From the NCBI GenBank assembly GCA_965223415.1, contig OZ245002.1:5536001-5600000 (forward strand): a stretch of DNA of 64,000 nucleotides, written 5' to 3'. Both the position numbers and the translations under genes were made by a program. Below the pieces are notes generated by a model. The model did not search any database, was not told the origin of the DNA, and saw only the letters and a program-made list of their open reading frames with translations. Origin of the DNA: Myxococcota bacterium. Lineage in GTDB: Bacteria > Myxococcota_A > UBA9160 > UBA6930. Below, in pieces: positions 1-13,461 of this stretch. The stretch's first letter is position 1, and each line of letters starts with the position of its first letter.

Positions 1-120
1 CGATTCCGCCACCCCGGCCAGGCCCGTCCGCCGGGCACGTCTGGGCCCCGGAGGTCGGGCGCAGCGGCGCAACATAGCGGAAGGAGGGGCTTTCGCGCGC
101 CAGGGAGGACCTCCGTGGCG

Positions 121-149
121 TTGCGCCCCCTCGCAAGGGTGCGTACGTT
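121..149 (+). promoter_or_regulatory. Putative sigma70 promoter of tRNA-Lys
   Basis: TTGCGC(121-126)-17 bp-TACGTT(144-149), 11 bp upstream of the tRNA. Confidence 0.55.
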
Positions 150-160
150 CCGCCTCTCGT

Positions 161-236
161 GGGCGCGTAGCTCAGTTGGCAGAGCAGCGGACTCTTAATC
201 CGCCGGTCGAAGGTTCGAGCCCTTCCGCGCTCACCA
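161..236 (+). tRNA. tRNA-Lys(CTT)
   Basis: 76-nt cloverleaf: acceptor stem GGGCGCG/CGCGCTC, D-arm AGCTCAGTTGGCAGAGC, anticodon loop CT-CTT-AA, T-loop GGTTCGAGCC, encoded CCA. Confidence 0.97.
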
Positions 237-246
237 CCAGCCCGTC

Positions 247-644
247 GTGTTCGTCGTGAAGTGTGCCTCTCCCCTCCTCCTCCTGGTCGCGCTCGCGGCC
301 TGCACCACCACCCTCGGTGGCGGCGCCCCTGCGCGCTCCCTGCCCGAGGCGGTGAGCGTGTACGAGATGATGTCGGGGACGAAGGCCATGGCCCTGGCGG
401 TGACCCCCGAGGGCCGGCGTACCTGGGGCGTGGCTTCGGCGCAGCTCCAGTCGAGCGCCAGCAAGCGCGCGATCGAGACCTGCGAGGAGAACGTCGCGCG
501 CCTCGGCCTGCTCGCGGATTGCCACCTCCTCGCCGAGGGCAACGCACCGGCCCAGGCGACCGAGGCCGCCTGCTTCGCCGGCACCCTGCCGGAGCAGCGC
601 TGCCAGGCCCAGCGCGAGTTTGCCCCGGGCCGCACCAACACGCC

Positions 645-648
<4 letters not shown>
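247..648 (+). CDS. Hypothetical Cys-containing lipoprotein
   Basis: Hydrophobic N-terminus with LAAC lipobox, GC3-rich codons; exact start uncertain. Confidence 0.6.
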
Positions 649-4229
<3,581 letters not shown>

Positions 4230-4333
4230 CTTCGGCTCGCTGCGCGCCCCGGCAGGGCTTGCGGCGGACCCGGCTCGCGGCTTCGCCGCTCGCTCGCCTG
4301 CCGAGACGATCGGCTTCTCGGCGCCACCCGGGA

Positions 4334-6256
4334 TCAGCTCTCGCCGTAGAGCGCGGCGCGGAGATCGACGGCGAGGGAGCGGCCGTCGAGCCGGAGGTGA
4401 CGGCGATTGAAGCCGTCCTTGGAGATGGAGAGGACGAGCTGGTCCGAGGGAACGTCGCTCGGCACGCCGAAGCCGTAGACGCCGCCGGGACCGGTGGTGC
4501 CGGCGACGAGCTCCCGGGGCTCGTGGCCTTCCTCGTGCAGGGCGATCACCACCCGCGCGCCCTCGGCCGGAGGCCGCTCGCCGGAGGGCAGCGGGTCGTT
4601 CTCGAACACAAAGACGCGACCGGTGCGCCCGTCCGGTGCGCGCTCGACGCGGACCGCCAGGTCGTGCAGCCAGATCATCGGCTCCGCCACGGTGGCGGCC
4701 ATGCCGATCCGGTCGACGTGCCAGGCGGGGTTGGCGTTCAGGCTCACGTCCTGGGGTGCCATGCCGTGGTCCGACGTGACGACGAACAGGAACTCGTCCG
4801 TGAGCCCGGCCTCCTCGATCACGTCGAGCACGCGGCCGACCCGCCGGTCCGTCTCGTCCAGGGCGTCGCGCAGGCCCTCCGAGTGGGGGCCGTAGTCGTG
4901 GCCCACCCCGTCCGTGAGCACCAGCTCGTGGAAGACGAAGGACGGCGCCGGCGCGTCGTCGCGGGTGAACAGCTCGAGCACCTGGGCGACGCCACGCGTA
5001 TCGAGCACCGATTCGTCTTCGATGCCCGGAAGGTCCTCCCGCGCCCAACGCTCGTTGCGGTCGACCATGCACATCTCGGTGAGCGGGCGGAGGCGCCGCC
5101 GGTCGGCGGTGTTGCGGTCTTCCAGGGCCGCGTGCTTGGCCGAGCGGCCGAAGGGCGCGTAGATCGCGGCGGTCATGCAGTCGGCGCCGTACGCCCGGTG
5201 GAAGGCCTCGGCCAGGCTCTCGACGTCCGGCGACGAGAAGCCCTCGGTCTTCACCTGCTGGCCCTGGGGCGAGACGCTCTCGCGCTTGTCGCGCAGGTAG
5301 TAGGTGGGGTTCACGACGTCGTGGTGGCCGCACCAGGCGCCGGTGCCGATCGTCGTGTGGCTCGGCCAGGTGATCGAGGGGAAGTTCACGATCTGGCCTG
5401 AGGCCACCACCGCCGCCCGCTCGCGCAGGCGGCGCAGGTGCGGGAGCGCGCCGGGGGCATTCGCCAGGCGGTCCTCCAGCTCGGTCTGGTGGAGGCCGTC
5501 GAGGAGGAAGACATAGAGGCGTTTCGGGGGGTTGGGCGTCTCTTCGAGGATCTCCTCGAGGACCCGGCCGTCCTGGCGGCGGAGCAGGAGGTCGTGCCGG
5601 AGCTGGCCCGTGGCATCCCGGCCGCTGGTCGCGGGGAAGCGGAGCGCGGCCAGGCAGGTGGGTGCGATGTCCACGGAGCAGGCGACGGTCTCGTGCATCC
5701 CCGGCGTGACGCCTTCTCCCGCGAGCCAGAGCGGCCCGCGGGACTGGCGGACGTTCAGGGCGCCGTGGGTGGCCGGCTGGGTGCCCTGGCACCAATCCCG
5801 CGGCGACACGGCCAGGTCCGGAGCGTTCGGCGAGTCGAAGAGCTGGGCCACGCGCTCGTAGGCGAAGGGGTAGCTCTGGTGCTCGGGGGCGATGAAGCGG
5901 CGGCCCGGGTCGTCGGCGTCGAAGCCAGAGGCAGCCGCCGCCTCCTTCTCCTGGGCCACGGTGCGAAGGGCGGCCGGATCCTGGTTCGCGAGGGGGTTCT
6001 CGCCGACCACCTCCAGCACCTCGAACTCGAGACGTCCGTCGTCCCGGCGGTGGCGCTGGAAGCGCACCAGGCCGCGGGCCGACCAGGCTTCGTAGGCACC
6101 GGCCTCGTCGTCTCCAGCCCGCCAGGTGAGGACCAGGTCCGTCTGCGAGGCCACCGGGGCGTCGGCCAGCAACGCGAGGATGGCCCGGTTGCCGCTCTCC
6201 TCCTGCTCCCGGTCGAGGCCCTGCCCGCCGAGCCGCTCGGGTCCGTGGATCGCCAT
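4334..6256 (-). CDS. Alkaline phosphatase superfamily / nucleotide pyrophosphatase-phosphodiesterase
   Basis: [32 protein letters not shown] and VDIAPT motifs. Confidence 0.8.
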   Translation of the reverse strand: MAIHGPERLGGQGLDREQEESGNRAILALLADAPVASQTDLVLTWRAGDDEAGAYEAWSARGLVRFQRHRRDDGRLEFEVLEVVGENPLANQDPAALRTVAQEKEAAAASGFDADDPGRRFIAPEHQSYPFAYERVAQLFDSPNAPDLAVSPRDWCQGTQPATHGALNVRQSRGPLWLAGEGVTPGMHETVACSVDIAPTCLAALRFPATSGRDATGQLRHDLLLRRQDGRVLEEILEETPNPPKRLYVFLLDGLHQTELEDRLANAPGALPHLRRLRERAAVVASGQIVNFPSITWPSHTTIGTGAWCGHHDVVNPTYYLRDKRESVSPQGQQVKTEGFSSPDVESLAEAFHRAYGADCMTAAIYAPFGRSAKHAALEDRNTADRRRLRPLTEMCMVDRNERWAREDLPGIEDESVLDTRGVAQVLELFTRDDAPAPSFVFHELVLTDGVGHDYGPHSEGLRDALDETDRRVGRVLDVIEEAGLTDEFLFVVTSDHGMAPQDVSLNANPAWHVDRIGMAATVAEPMIWLHDLAVRVERAPDGRTGRVFVFENDPLPSGERPPAEGARVVIALHEEGHEPRELVAGTTGPGGVYGFGVPSDVPSDQLVLSISKDGFNRRHLRLDGRSLAVDLRAALYGES

Positions 6257-6268
6257 GGGGCGAGCGTA

Positions 6269-7828
6269 TCACTGGCCGCGTCCGCGGCGCAGGCGGGAGG
6301 CGACGTTGCCGAGCTCGTCGCGGAGTACGCTGTCACCCAGGAGCCGCGCCGCGAGCAGGCCGATCGCCGCGAAGACGGCGCCACGCACGAGCAACGTGAG
6401 GAGGGCGCCGAATGCGCCCTCACGGACGTCTGGCACCTGGGAGGCGAGGGCCGCCGCCACGAAGCTGGCCAGGGCCGCGCGGAGGAGCCCCACCGCGAGG
6501 GTGCCGAGGGGCGGCGCCCCGTGCAACCAGCGGGCCATGACGAGGGTCGCCGTGGCATTGACCGACACGGCGATCACCCCGGCCAGGGCGAGCCCCTTGG
6601 CGCCCAGCGGCGGCCCGAGGGCCCGGTACAGCGGAATCGCCAGCAGGGCGACGGCGGTGCCGAGCAGCATGGGGCGCCACATGTCCCCTCGCGCGTAGAA
6701 GGGGCGCACCGCCAGCATCTGCAGCACCCAGCCCGGGACGGCCAGGCAGAAGACGAGCAGCACCTCCGCGACCGGCGTGGCGTCCGCCGACGCGAACGCC
6801 CCGCGCACGTAGACCAGGGTCACGAGGGGTTGGGCCACTGCCGCGAGCCCGCCGGCAGCAAGGCAAGCGAGGCCACCGCTCGCCTGCAGCACGCGCTGCA
6901 CCAGCCCATTGAGCTGGTCGTGCCGTCCTTCGGCGTGCAGCCGCGAGAGGGTCGGCAGGGCCGCCGTCGCGACGGCGCCGCCGGCCAGGGAGACCGGCAC
7001 CTGCATCAACCTCCGGGCGAAGACCAGCGTCGCGATCGTGCCGGTGCCGAGCAGCCCGCCGAACCAGCGGTCGTACCACTCGTCCACCGTGAGCAGGGTG
7101 ACGCCCAGCATGAGGGGCGCGGCCAGCACCAGGTAGCGCGCGAAGTCCGGATCCCAGGGTGCAAAGCGCACGCGCACGCGCAGCTGCCGCGTCGCGTCCC
7201 ACAGGGCCAGACCGAAGGGACCCAGGGCGGCGCCGAAGAGCGCCCCCCATGCGAAGCCCTCGACCCCGATCTGCGGCGCCGCGAACAGGCCGCCGGCAAT
7301 GATCGCGAGGTTGTAGACGAGCGGGGCCGCGGCCTGGACGGCGAAGCGGTCCTCGGCCATCAGGGCCGCCCGGAGCACGCCGCCCACCACGAAGAAGACC
7401 TGGGCGGGCAGCACGATCCGGGTCAGCCGGACGGTGAGCGCGTGCTGCTCCGGGTCGAAGCGCGGGAACTGGAGACTGATCAAGGCATCGGCGAAGAGCC
7501 AGATCACCCCGGTGACGACGATCGCGATCACCGCCACGGTGCCGAGCACGGTCGCCAGCAGCCGCTCGGCCGCTGGGGATCCCCCGGCCTGCCGGGCCGC
7601 GTGGTAGAGCGGGATGAAGGCGATCGAGAGGGCCGCACCCGCCAGCAGGTAGTTCAGCAGGTCCGGGAGCTGGAAGGCGGCCTGATAGGCGTCGGTGGCC
7701 GCCCCCCGCCCGACGCGGAGCGCCAGCACCGCCTCGCGAACGAAGCCCAGCAGCCGCGAGACCAGGACGCTCCCTGCCAGCAGCGCCGCCACGCCGGCCA
7801 CGCGTCCGGCTCGCACCCCCTCCGCCAT
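6269..7828 (-). CDS. murJ: Lipid II flippase MurJ (MviN)
   Basis: SRLLGFVRE, DAYQAAFQLPDLL, AFIP, FYARGD motifs; many TM segments. Confidence 0.92.
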   Translation of the reverse strand: MAEGVRAGRVAGVAALLAGSVLVSRLLGFVREAVLALRVGRGAATDAYQAAFQLPDLLNYLLAGAALSIAFIPLYHAARQAGGSPAAERLLATVLGTVAVIAIVVTGVIWLFADALISLQFPRFDPEQHALTVRLTRIVLPAQVFFVVGGVLRAALMAEDRFAVQAAAPLVYNLAIIAGGLFAAPQIGVEGFAWGALFGAALGPFGLALWDATRQLRVRVRFAPWDPDFARYLVLAAPLMLGVTLLTVDEWYDRWFGGLLGTGTIATLVFARRLMQVPVSLAGGAVATAALPTLSRLHAEGRHDQLNGLVQRVLQASGGLACLAAGGLAAVAQPLVTLVYVRGAFASADATPVAEVLLVFCLAVPGWVLQMLAVRPFYARGDMWRPMLLGTAVALLAIPLYRALGPPLGAKGLALAGVIAVSVNATATLVMARWLHGAPPLGTLAVGLLRAALASFVAAALASQVPDVREGAFGALLTLLVRGAVFAAIGLLAARLLGDSVLRDELGNVASRLRRGRGQ

Positions 7829-7846
7829 GGCGCGGAGCATAGGAAG

Positions 7847-7939
7847 TGAGACAAGGGGACGTTCCTGACTGTCTCACTCCTCCCGGCGGGCGGGCCGCCC
7901 GGGTGGGGGTGAGACAATCAGGAACGTCCCCTTGTCTCA
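7847..7939. repeat. Long palindrome (REP/REPIN-like)
   Basis: 31-bp arms TGAGACAAGGGGACGTTCCTGA(C/T)TGTCTCAC in inverted orientation with 1 mismatch; each arm is itself bounded by TGAGACA/TGTCTCA. Confidence 0.85.
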
Positions 7940-9009
7940 GGCGGATTCGGCTCGCGCCAGCGTTGGCCGTTCCAGGCCTCGACCTCCACCACGTCCCCGT
8001 CGCGGCCGCGAAGGGCGCTGCGCTGGAGGGGGACCTTGCCGTGAGGGGTGTCGAGCACGTAGAGCGGGATGGCGTAGCCGCTGGTGCGGCCGCGCAGGGC
8101 TTCGAAGAGATCGAGGCCCCGCTCGATGGGGACGCGGAAATGGGCGGTGCCTTCGAGGAGCTGGGCCTGGTAGCAGTAGTAGGGCCGCACGCGCATGCGC
8201 ACGAGGCCCTCGCACAGGGCCTTCATCGTCGCGACGTCGTCGTTGATCCCAGCCAGCAGCACGCTCTGGTTGCCCACGGGAAGGCCGGCCCGGGTGAGGC
8301 GGTCGCAGGCTTCCGCGGCTTCCGGGGTGAGCTCCCGGGGGTGGTTGAAGTGGGTGTTCAGCCAGATCGGGTGGTAGCGCTCGAGCATCCGGCACAGCCC
8401 GTCGGTCACCCGGAACGGCAGGGTCACGGGGAGCCGCGTGCCGAGGCGGATGATCTCGATGTGAGGAATGGCGCGGAGCTCGGCGACGAGCCACTCGAGG
8501 CGGTCGTCGGCGAAGACCAGCGGATCGCCGCCGGTCAGCAGGACATCGCGGATCTCCGGCGTCCGGCGGAGCCAGTCGATGGCCGCGGCAAGCTCGCGCC
8601 GCTTCATCGTCCAGTCCTCGTCGCCGACCATGCGCTTGCGCAGGCAGTAGCGGCAGTAGAGGGCGCACTCGTTGTTGACGCAGAAGGCCACCCGGTCCGG
8701 GTAGACCCGCACCAGGTTCTTGACCGGCGAGTGGGCGACCTCGTCGAGGGGATCCGCCAGGCCGGCCGGATCGTCCAGCTCCACCAGCCGCGGCACGACC
8801 TGCCGGCGGATCGGGCACTCCGGGTCGTCCGGGTCGATCAACGACGCGTAGTAGGGCGTGATCACGAAGCGGAAGCGATCGCCCAGGGCCGCGATGGCCG
8901 CGGCCTCCTCGTCGCTCGGAGGGACGACGCGGGCCAGCTCTTCGGCGCGGCGGATGCGATGGCGCATCTGCCAGCCCCAGTCGCGCCAGCCGTCGGGCGT
9001 GGCGCTCAC
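7918..9009 (-). CDS. KamA-family radical SAM/PLP aminomutase (lysine 2,3-aminomutase-like)
   Basis: CALYCRYC (CxxxCxxC), LLTGGDPL, THFNHPRE, NQSVLL, RVRPYY, HGK (PLP lysine). Confidence 0.9.
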   Translation of the reverse strand: MSATPDGWRDWGWQMRHRIRRAEELARVVPPSDEEAAAIAALGDRFRFVITPYYASLIDPDDPECPIRRQVVPRLVELDDPAGLADPLDEVAHSPVKNLVRVYPDRVAFCVNNECALYCRYCLRKRMVGDEDWTMKRRELAAAIDWLRRTPEIRDVLLTGGDPLVFADDRLEWLVAELRAIPHIEIIRLGTRLPVTLPFRVTDGLCRMLERYHPIWLNTHFNHPRELTPEAAEACDRLTRAGLPVGNQSVLLAGINDDVATMKALCEGLVRMRVRPYYCYQAQLLEGTAHFRVPIERGLDLFEALRGRTSGYAIPLYVLDTPHGKVPLQRSALRGRDGDVVEVEAWNGQRWREPNPPETRGRS

Positions 9010-10004
9010 CGGAGCCCGAGCCTCGCGAGGCCGCCCCCGAAGACATCACCGAGCAGCGCCTCCACCGGCCGGCCTTCGAGCTCGGCGAGGACTCCGAAGG
9101 AGCCGCCCGGCGCGAAGGTGGGCAGCGGGTTGATCTCCAGGAAGCGCGGCTCCCCCGCGGCGTCGAGGCGGAAGTCGATGCGGGCGAAATCGCGGCAGCG
9201 GAGCGCGTCGAAGGCGGCGAGAGCGTGGCAGGCGAGCGAGGCCTCCAGGGCCGGGTCGAGCTCGCCGGGCGTGTGGTGGAGCCAGCCGCCTGCGGGCGCG
9301 GGCACGGAGGCGCGATCGAGGGCATGGAGCCCGATGCCGCTCCTCAGCTCGAGCGCCCGCTGGAGCACCGGAAGCGCCCGGGGCGGGGCGTGGCCAACGA
9401 CGGTGACCGTGTACTCCGCCCCGGGCAGGAAGGGCTCCACCAGGGCCGGCTGGTCATAGAGGCGCACCACCCGCTCCACGGCCGCCGCCAGCTCGTCCCG
9501 ATCGTGGACCTTCGAGGCCGGGATGATGCCCTTGGCCGTCCCTTCCCACCGGGGTTTCACGAACAGGGGGTAAGACCCCGGAAGCCGGGCTTTTTCCAGC
9601 TCGCCGGCGGATCCGATCGAGGCCTGGCCGGCGACCGGGACGCCGGCGGCCGCCACCACGTCCTTGGCCCAGGCCTTGTCCAGGGAGAGCGAGAGGGTGA
9701 GCGCGTCCGAGCCCAGACACGGCACGCCGGCCATCTCCAGGAGCACCGGTGCCCAGGCCTCCCGGTTCCGGCCGCCCTCCCCCTCCGCGATGTTGAGGAC
9801 CGCGTCGACGTCCGGACGGCGGGCCAGCAAGGCCCGGGGGCCGCCGAGCCGCACCGGCTCGGCGCCCGCTGCACGAAGCGCCGCCTCCAGCAGGGCAATC
9901 GTCTCCTCGGGCTCGTACTCGGCGTCGGCGTCCGGCGCGGGGCCGCGCGCGAGCGTCTCGCCGAGCTCCTCGAAGACGATTCCGACGCGCAGGGGCCTGC
10001 TCAC
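9006..10004 (-). CDS. D-Ala-D-Ala ligase-like ATP-grasp protein
   Basis: NIAEG, GSDALTL..SLDK, FVKP..EG, RIDFR, FLEINPLP; 4-bp overlap with the KamA gene. Confidence 0.88.
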   Translation of the reverse strand: MSRPLRVGIVFEELGETLARGPAPDADAEYEPEETIALLEAALRAAGAEPVRLGGPRALLARRPDVDAVLNIAEGEGGRNREAWAPVLLEMAGVPCLGSDALTLSLSLDKAWAKDVVAAAGVPVAGQASIGSAGELEKARLPGSYPLFVKPRWEGTAKGIIPASKVHDRDELAAAVERVVRLYDQPALVEPFLPGAEYTVTVVGHAPPRALPVLQRALELRSGIGLHALDRASVPAPAGGWLHHTPGELDPALEASLACHALAAFDALRCRDFARIDFRLDAAGEPRFLEINPLPTFAPGGSFGVLAELEGRPVEALLGDVFGGGLARLGLR

Positions 10005-10042
10005 CGCCGCAGGGTGGCCAACCCACTAACCTCCCGCCAACC

Positions 10043-11668
10043 ATGAGCGCCCTGGACCGCATCGAGCGCCTCGGCAACGCCCTGCCCGACCCGGCCACCC
10101 TGTTCGTGATCGGCGCGCTGCTGGTGATGGTGGCCTCCCAGCTCGCCGTGGGCCTCGACTGGCAGGTGGAGAAGACCGTCACCCGCGACGTCACGGTGCC
10201 GGTGCTGGACGCGGCGGGCGAACCCGTCGTGGACCCGGCGAGCGGCGAGCCGTTGCGCGCGGCGGCCGTCGATCCGGCCACCGGCGAGCCCCGCCGCGAG
10301 AAGGTGCAGGTGCCCGTGCGCCCGCGCAGCCTGCTCGACAGCGACGGCCTGTACTGGGCCGTGTCCCACCTGGTCGACAACTTCAAGAACTTCCCGCCGC
10401 TGGCGATCGTGCTGGTCGGGATGCTGGGCATCGGGCTGGCGGACAAGAGCGGCTTCATCGGAGCGCTGCTGAAGGCGATCCTGGTGGCCGTTCCCGCCCG
10501 CTTCCTCACGCCAACGGTCTTCTTCGTGGGCGTGCTCTCCTCGGTGGGTCTCGACGCGGGCTACGTCGTCCTGCCGCCGGTCGCCGCGGCGCTGTTCGCC
10601 GCGGTGGGGCGCTCGCCGCTCGTCGGCCTGGCGGCGGTCTTCGCCGGCGTGTCCGCGGGCTTCAGCGCGAACCTCGTGGTGACGAGCCTGGACGTGATCC
10701 TGGCGGGCTTCTCCACCTCCGGCGCCCAGTTCCTGGACGCCGCCTACCAGGTGCCGGCCACCGCCAACCTCACTTTCCTGCGGGTCTCGACCGTGCTGCT
10801 GGTTGCCGTGGGCTGGGCCACCACCGCCTGGTGGGTGGAGCCGCGCTACGCCCGCAGGCACGCCGAGGACGGCGGCGCCGGCGAGGCGGATCCGGAGGCC
10901 CTGCGGCTGGCGGCGGACGAGAAGCGGGGCCTGCGCGCGGGCGGCCTGACCCTGGCGCTGGTGCTGGCGGTGCTGATGCTCGCCACCTGGATCCCCGGCG
11001 CGCCGCTGCACGGCGACGACGGGCGCTTCCCCCGCTGGGTGGCGGCGATCGTGCCGCTGATCTTCCTGGCCTTCCTGCTGCCGGGCCTGGCCTACGGCCT
11101 CCGCACGGGCAGCCTGCGCAGCGATCGCGACGTGGCGCGCATGCTCGGCGAGGTGATGGCGGGCATGGGCCCCTACATCGTCCTGGCCTTCTTCGCGGCC
11201 CAGTTCGTCGAGTTCTTCCGCTACTCGGGCCTGGGGGAGATGTCCGCCATCGCCGGCGGAGGCCTGCTCGCACGGGCGGACCTGCCGGCCCCGGTGCTGA
11301 TGGTCGCCTTCGTCGCGGTGGTCGCCCTGGCCAACCTCTTCATCGGCTCCATGTCCGCCAAGTACGCCTTCTTCGCGCCGGTCTTCGTGCCCATGTTCAT
11401 GCAGGTCGGCATCAGCCCGGAGCTCACCCAGGCGGCCTACCGGGTCGGCGACTCCATCACCAACGTGGTCACGCCCCTCAACCCCTACGTCGTCATCATC
11501 CTCGTCTTCATGCAGCGCTACGTGCCGCGGGCGGGCATCGGCACCCTGGTGGCCCTGATGATCCCCTACGCCGTCAGCTTCTTCGCGGCCTGGTCCCTGC
11601 TGCTCGTCGCCTGGATCCTGCTGGGCGCCCCCCTCGGCGCCGGCGGCCCCCTCGAGTACACGCCGTGA
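10043..11668 (+). CDS. abgT: AbgT-family (p-aminobenzoyl-glutamate) transporter
   Basis: LDRIERLGNALPDP, NFPPL, AGFSANL, AYRVGDSITN motifs. Confidence 0.9.
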   Translation: MSALDRIERLGNALPDPATLFVIGALLVMVASQLAVGLDWQVEKTVTRDVTVPVLDAAGEPVVDPASGEPLRAAAVDPATGEPRREKVQVPVRPRSLLDSDGLYWAVSHLVDNFKNFPPLAIVLVGMLGIGLADKSGFIGALLKAILVAVPARFLTPTVFFVGVLSSVGLDAGYVVLPPVAAALFAAVGRSPLVGLAAVFAGVSAGFSANLVVTSLDVILAGFSTSGAQFLDAAYQVPATANLTFLRVSTVLLVAVGWATTAWWVEPRYARRHAEDGGAGEADPEALRLAADEKRGLRAGGLTLALVLAVLMLATWIPGAPLHGDDGRFPRWVAAIVPLIFLAFLLPGLAYGLRTGSLRSDRDVARMLGEVMAGMGPYIVLAFFAAQFVEFFRYSGLGEMSAIAGGGLLARADLPAPVLMVAFVAVVALANLFIGSMSAKYAFFAPVFVPMFMQVGISPELTQAAYRVGDSITNVVTPLNPYVVIILVFMQRYVPRAGIGTLVALMIPYAVSFFAAWSLLLVAWILLGAPLGAGGPLEYTP

Positions 11669-11745
11669 AGAAACGGGGCCAGAGTTAAGAATTCAGTTCC
11701 GCCCCGAAGGGGAGGAACTGAATTCTTAACTCTGGCCCCGTTTCT
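11669..11745. repeat. Perfect 32-bp-arm palindrome (REP-like)
   Basis: AGAAACGGGGCCAGAGTTAAGAATTCAGTTCC (11669-11700) pairs perfectly with 11714-11745; inner CCCC-GAA-GGGG cap. Confidence 0.9.
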
Positions 11746-11768
11746 GTACCCTGCCGTTGGAGGATCCC

Positions 11769-13451
11769 TTGAACGCCGCGCTGCTCGCCCTGGGTGTCTT
11801 CGTCCTGTTCGCGGTGGGCTATCGCTTCTACTCGGGCTTCCTCGCCCGCCGGATCTTCGCCCTGGCCGAGGACGAACCGGTGCCGGCCCGCGAGCTCGAG
11901 GACGGCGTCGACTACGTCCCCACCCGCAAGGACGTGCTCTGGGGCCACCACTTCACCTCGATCGCCGGTGCGGCGCCGATCGTCGGGCCCGCGATCGCGG
12001 TCATCTGGGGCTGGGTGCCGGCGCTGCTCTGGGTGGCCATCGGCACGGTGATGATGGGCGCCGTCCACGACTTCTCGGCCCTGGTCATCAGCTTGCGCAA
12101 CCGGGGCCGCTCGATCGGCGAGATCGCCGGCCACGTGATCAGCCCACGCGTGCGCACCCTCTTCCTGCTGATCGTCTCCTTCCTGATCTGGATCGTGCTG
12201 GCGGTCTTCGCCTTCATCATCGGCACCCTCTTCACCCAGTACCCGGGCTCGATCTTCCCGATCAACGTGCAGATCGCGGTGGCGATGGGGCTGGGCTGGC
12301 TCGTCTACCGCCGCGGCTACCGGATCCTCTCGCCGTCCATCGTGGCCTACGCCGTGCTGCTCGCCGCGGTCTTCTACGGCAACGCCTTCGCCGAGGCGGT
12401 GCCGGCGGTGAAGAGCATCACGGTCACCGGCTGGGTCTGGATCCTGTTGATCTACTCCTTCGTCGCCTCGGTGCTTCCGGTCTGGCTCCTCCTCCAGCCG
12501 CGGGACTACCTGAACGCCCACCAGCTCGTCACGGGCCTCACGCTCCTTACCCTGGGGCTCATCGTGCTCCAGCCCGCGGTGGTCGCTCCGGCGATCAACC
12601 CGAGCCCGGAGGGGGCGCCGCCGATGATCCCCTTCCTGTTCATCACCATTGCCTGCGGGGCCATCTCCGGCTTCCACGGCCTGGTGTCGTCGGGCACCAC
12701 CTCGAAGCAGGTCGGCTGCGCCACCGACGCGCGGATGATCGGCTACGGCGGCATGCTGGGAGAGGGCTCCCTCGGCATGCTCGCGGTGCTGGCCTCCACC
12801 GCCGGCTTCGTCTCCTTCCAGGACTGGTCGACCCACTACGCGAGCTGGGGCGCGGCCAACGGCCTCGGCGCCAAGCTCTCGGCCTTCGTGGACGGGGGGG
12901 CGCGCTTCGTCGCGTCCCTCGGCATCCCCGCCGAGACCGCGGCCACCTTCATCGCCGTGATGGTGATCGCCTTCGCGGCGACCTCTCTCGACACGGGCGC
13001 CCGCATCCAGCGCCTCGTGATCAGCGAGCTGGCCGAGGCCTACGGCTGGACCGCGCTCCGCAACCGCTTCGCGGCCGGCGCCCTGGGGATCAGCGCGGCG
13101 CTGCTCCTCGCGGTCACCCAGGCCGGCGGCCAGGGCGGACTGATCCTCTGGCCGCTGTTCGGGACGACGAACCAGCTCGTGGCCGGCGTGACGCTCCTCG
13201 TCGTCTCGGTGTGGCTGCGCAAGCAGGGCAAGCCCGTCGTCTACACCCTGGTGCCGATGCTCCTGGTCGGCCTCGCGACGGTGGTCGCGATGACCGGCGA
13301 GGTGATCGGCTACTACCAGGCCTTCTCGGAGCGCTGGCTGCTGGCGCTCTCCGGGAGCGTCATCCTGGTGCTCGACGTGTGGGTGCTGCTCGAAGGCACG
13401 AAGGTGCTCCTCGGCGCTCGGCCGGAGCACCCCGCGACCCAGGCCGCATAG
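11769..13451 (+). CDS. cstA: Carbon starvation protein A (peptide/pyruvate transporter)
   Basis: DGVDYVP, GHHFTSIAGAAPIVGP, GAVHDF, LLQPRDY, ACGAISGFH, LWPLFGTTNQL; TTG start after GGAGG. Confidence 0.92.
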   Translation: MNAALLALGVFVLFAVGYRFYSGFLARRIFALAEDEPVPARELEDGVDYVPTRKDVLWGHHFTSIAGAAPIVGPAIAVIWGWVPALLWVAIGTVMMGAVHDFSALVISLRNRGRSIGEIAGHVISPRVRTLFLLIVSFLIWIVLAVFAFIIGTLFTQYPGSIFPINVQIAVAMGLGWLVYRRGYRILSPSIVAYAVLLAAVFYGNAFAEAVPAVKSITVTGWVWILLIYSFVASVLPVWLLLQPRDYLNAHQLVTGLTLLTLGLIVLQPAVVAPAINPSPEGAPPMIPFLFITIACGAISGFHGLVSSGTTSKQVGCATDARMIGYGGMLGEGSLGMLAVLASTAGFVSFQDWSTHYASWGAANGLGAKLSAFVDGGARFVASLGIPAETAATFIAVMVIAFAATSLDTGARIQRLVISELAEAYGWTALRNRFAAGALGISAALLLAVTQAGGQGGLILWPLFGTTNQLVAGVTLLVVSVWLRKQGKPVVYTLVPMLLVGLATVVAMTGEVIGYYQAFSERWLLALSGSVILVLDVWVLLEGTKVLLGARPEHPATQAA

Positions 13452-13461
13452 GGAGATCGCC

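Noticed and set aside
161..260. tRNA-Lys as an island integration site
   Set aside because: No integrase nearby and no duplicate of the tRNA 3' end seen in the window.
9006..10004. Calling the ATP-grasp gene ddl and the radical SAM gene epmB
   Set aside because: No dcw cluster or efp/epmA context, and the canonical Ddl N-terminal GG.S.E motif is absent.
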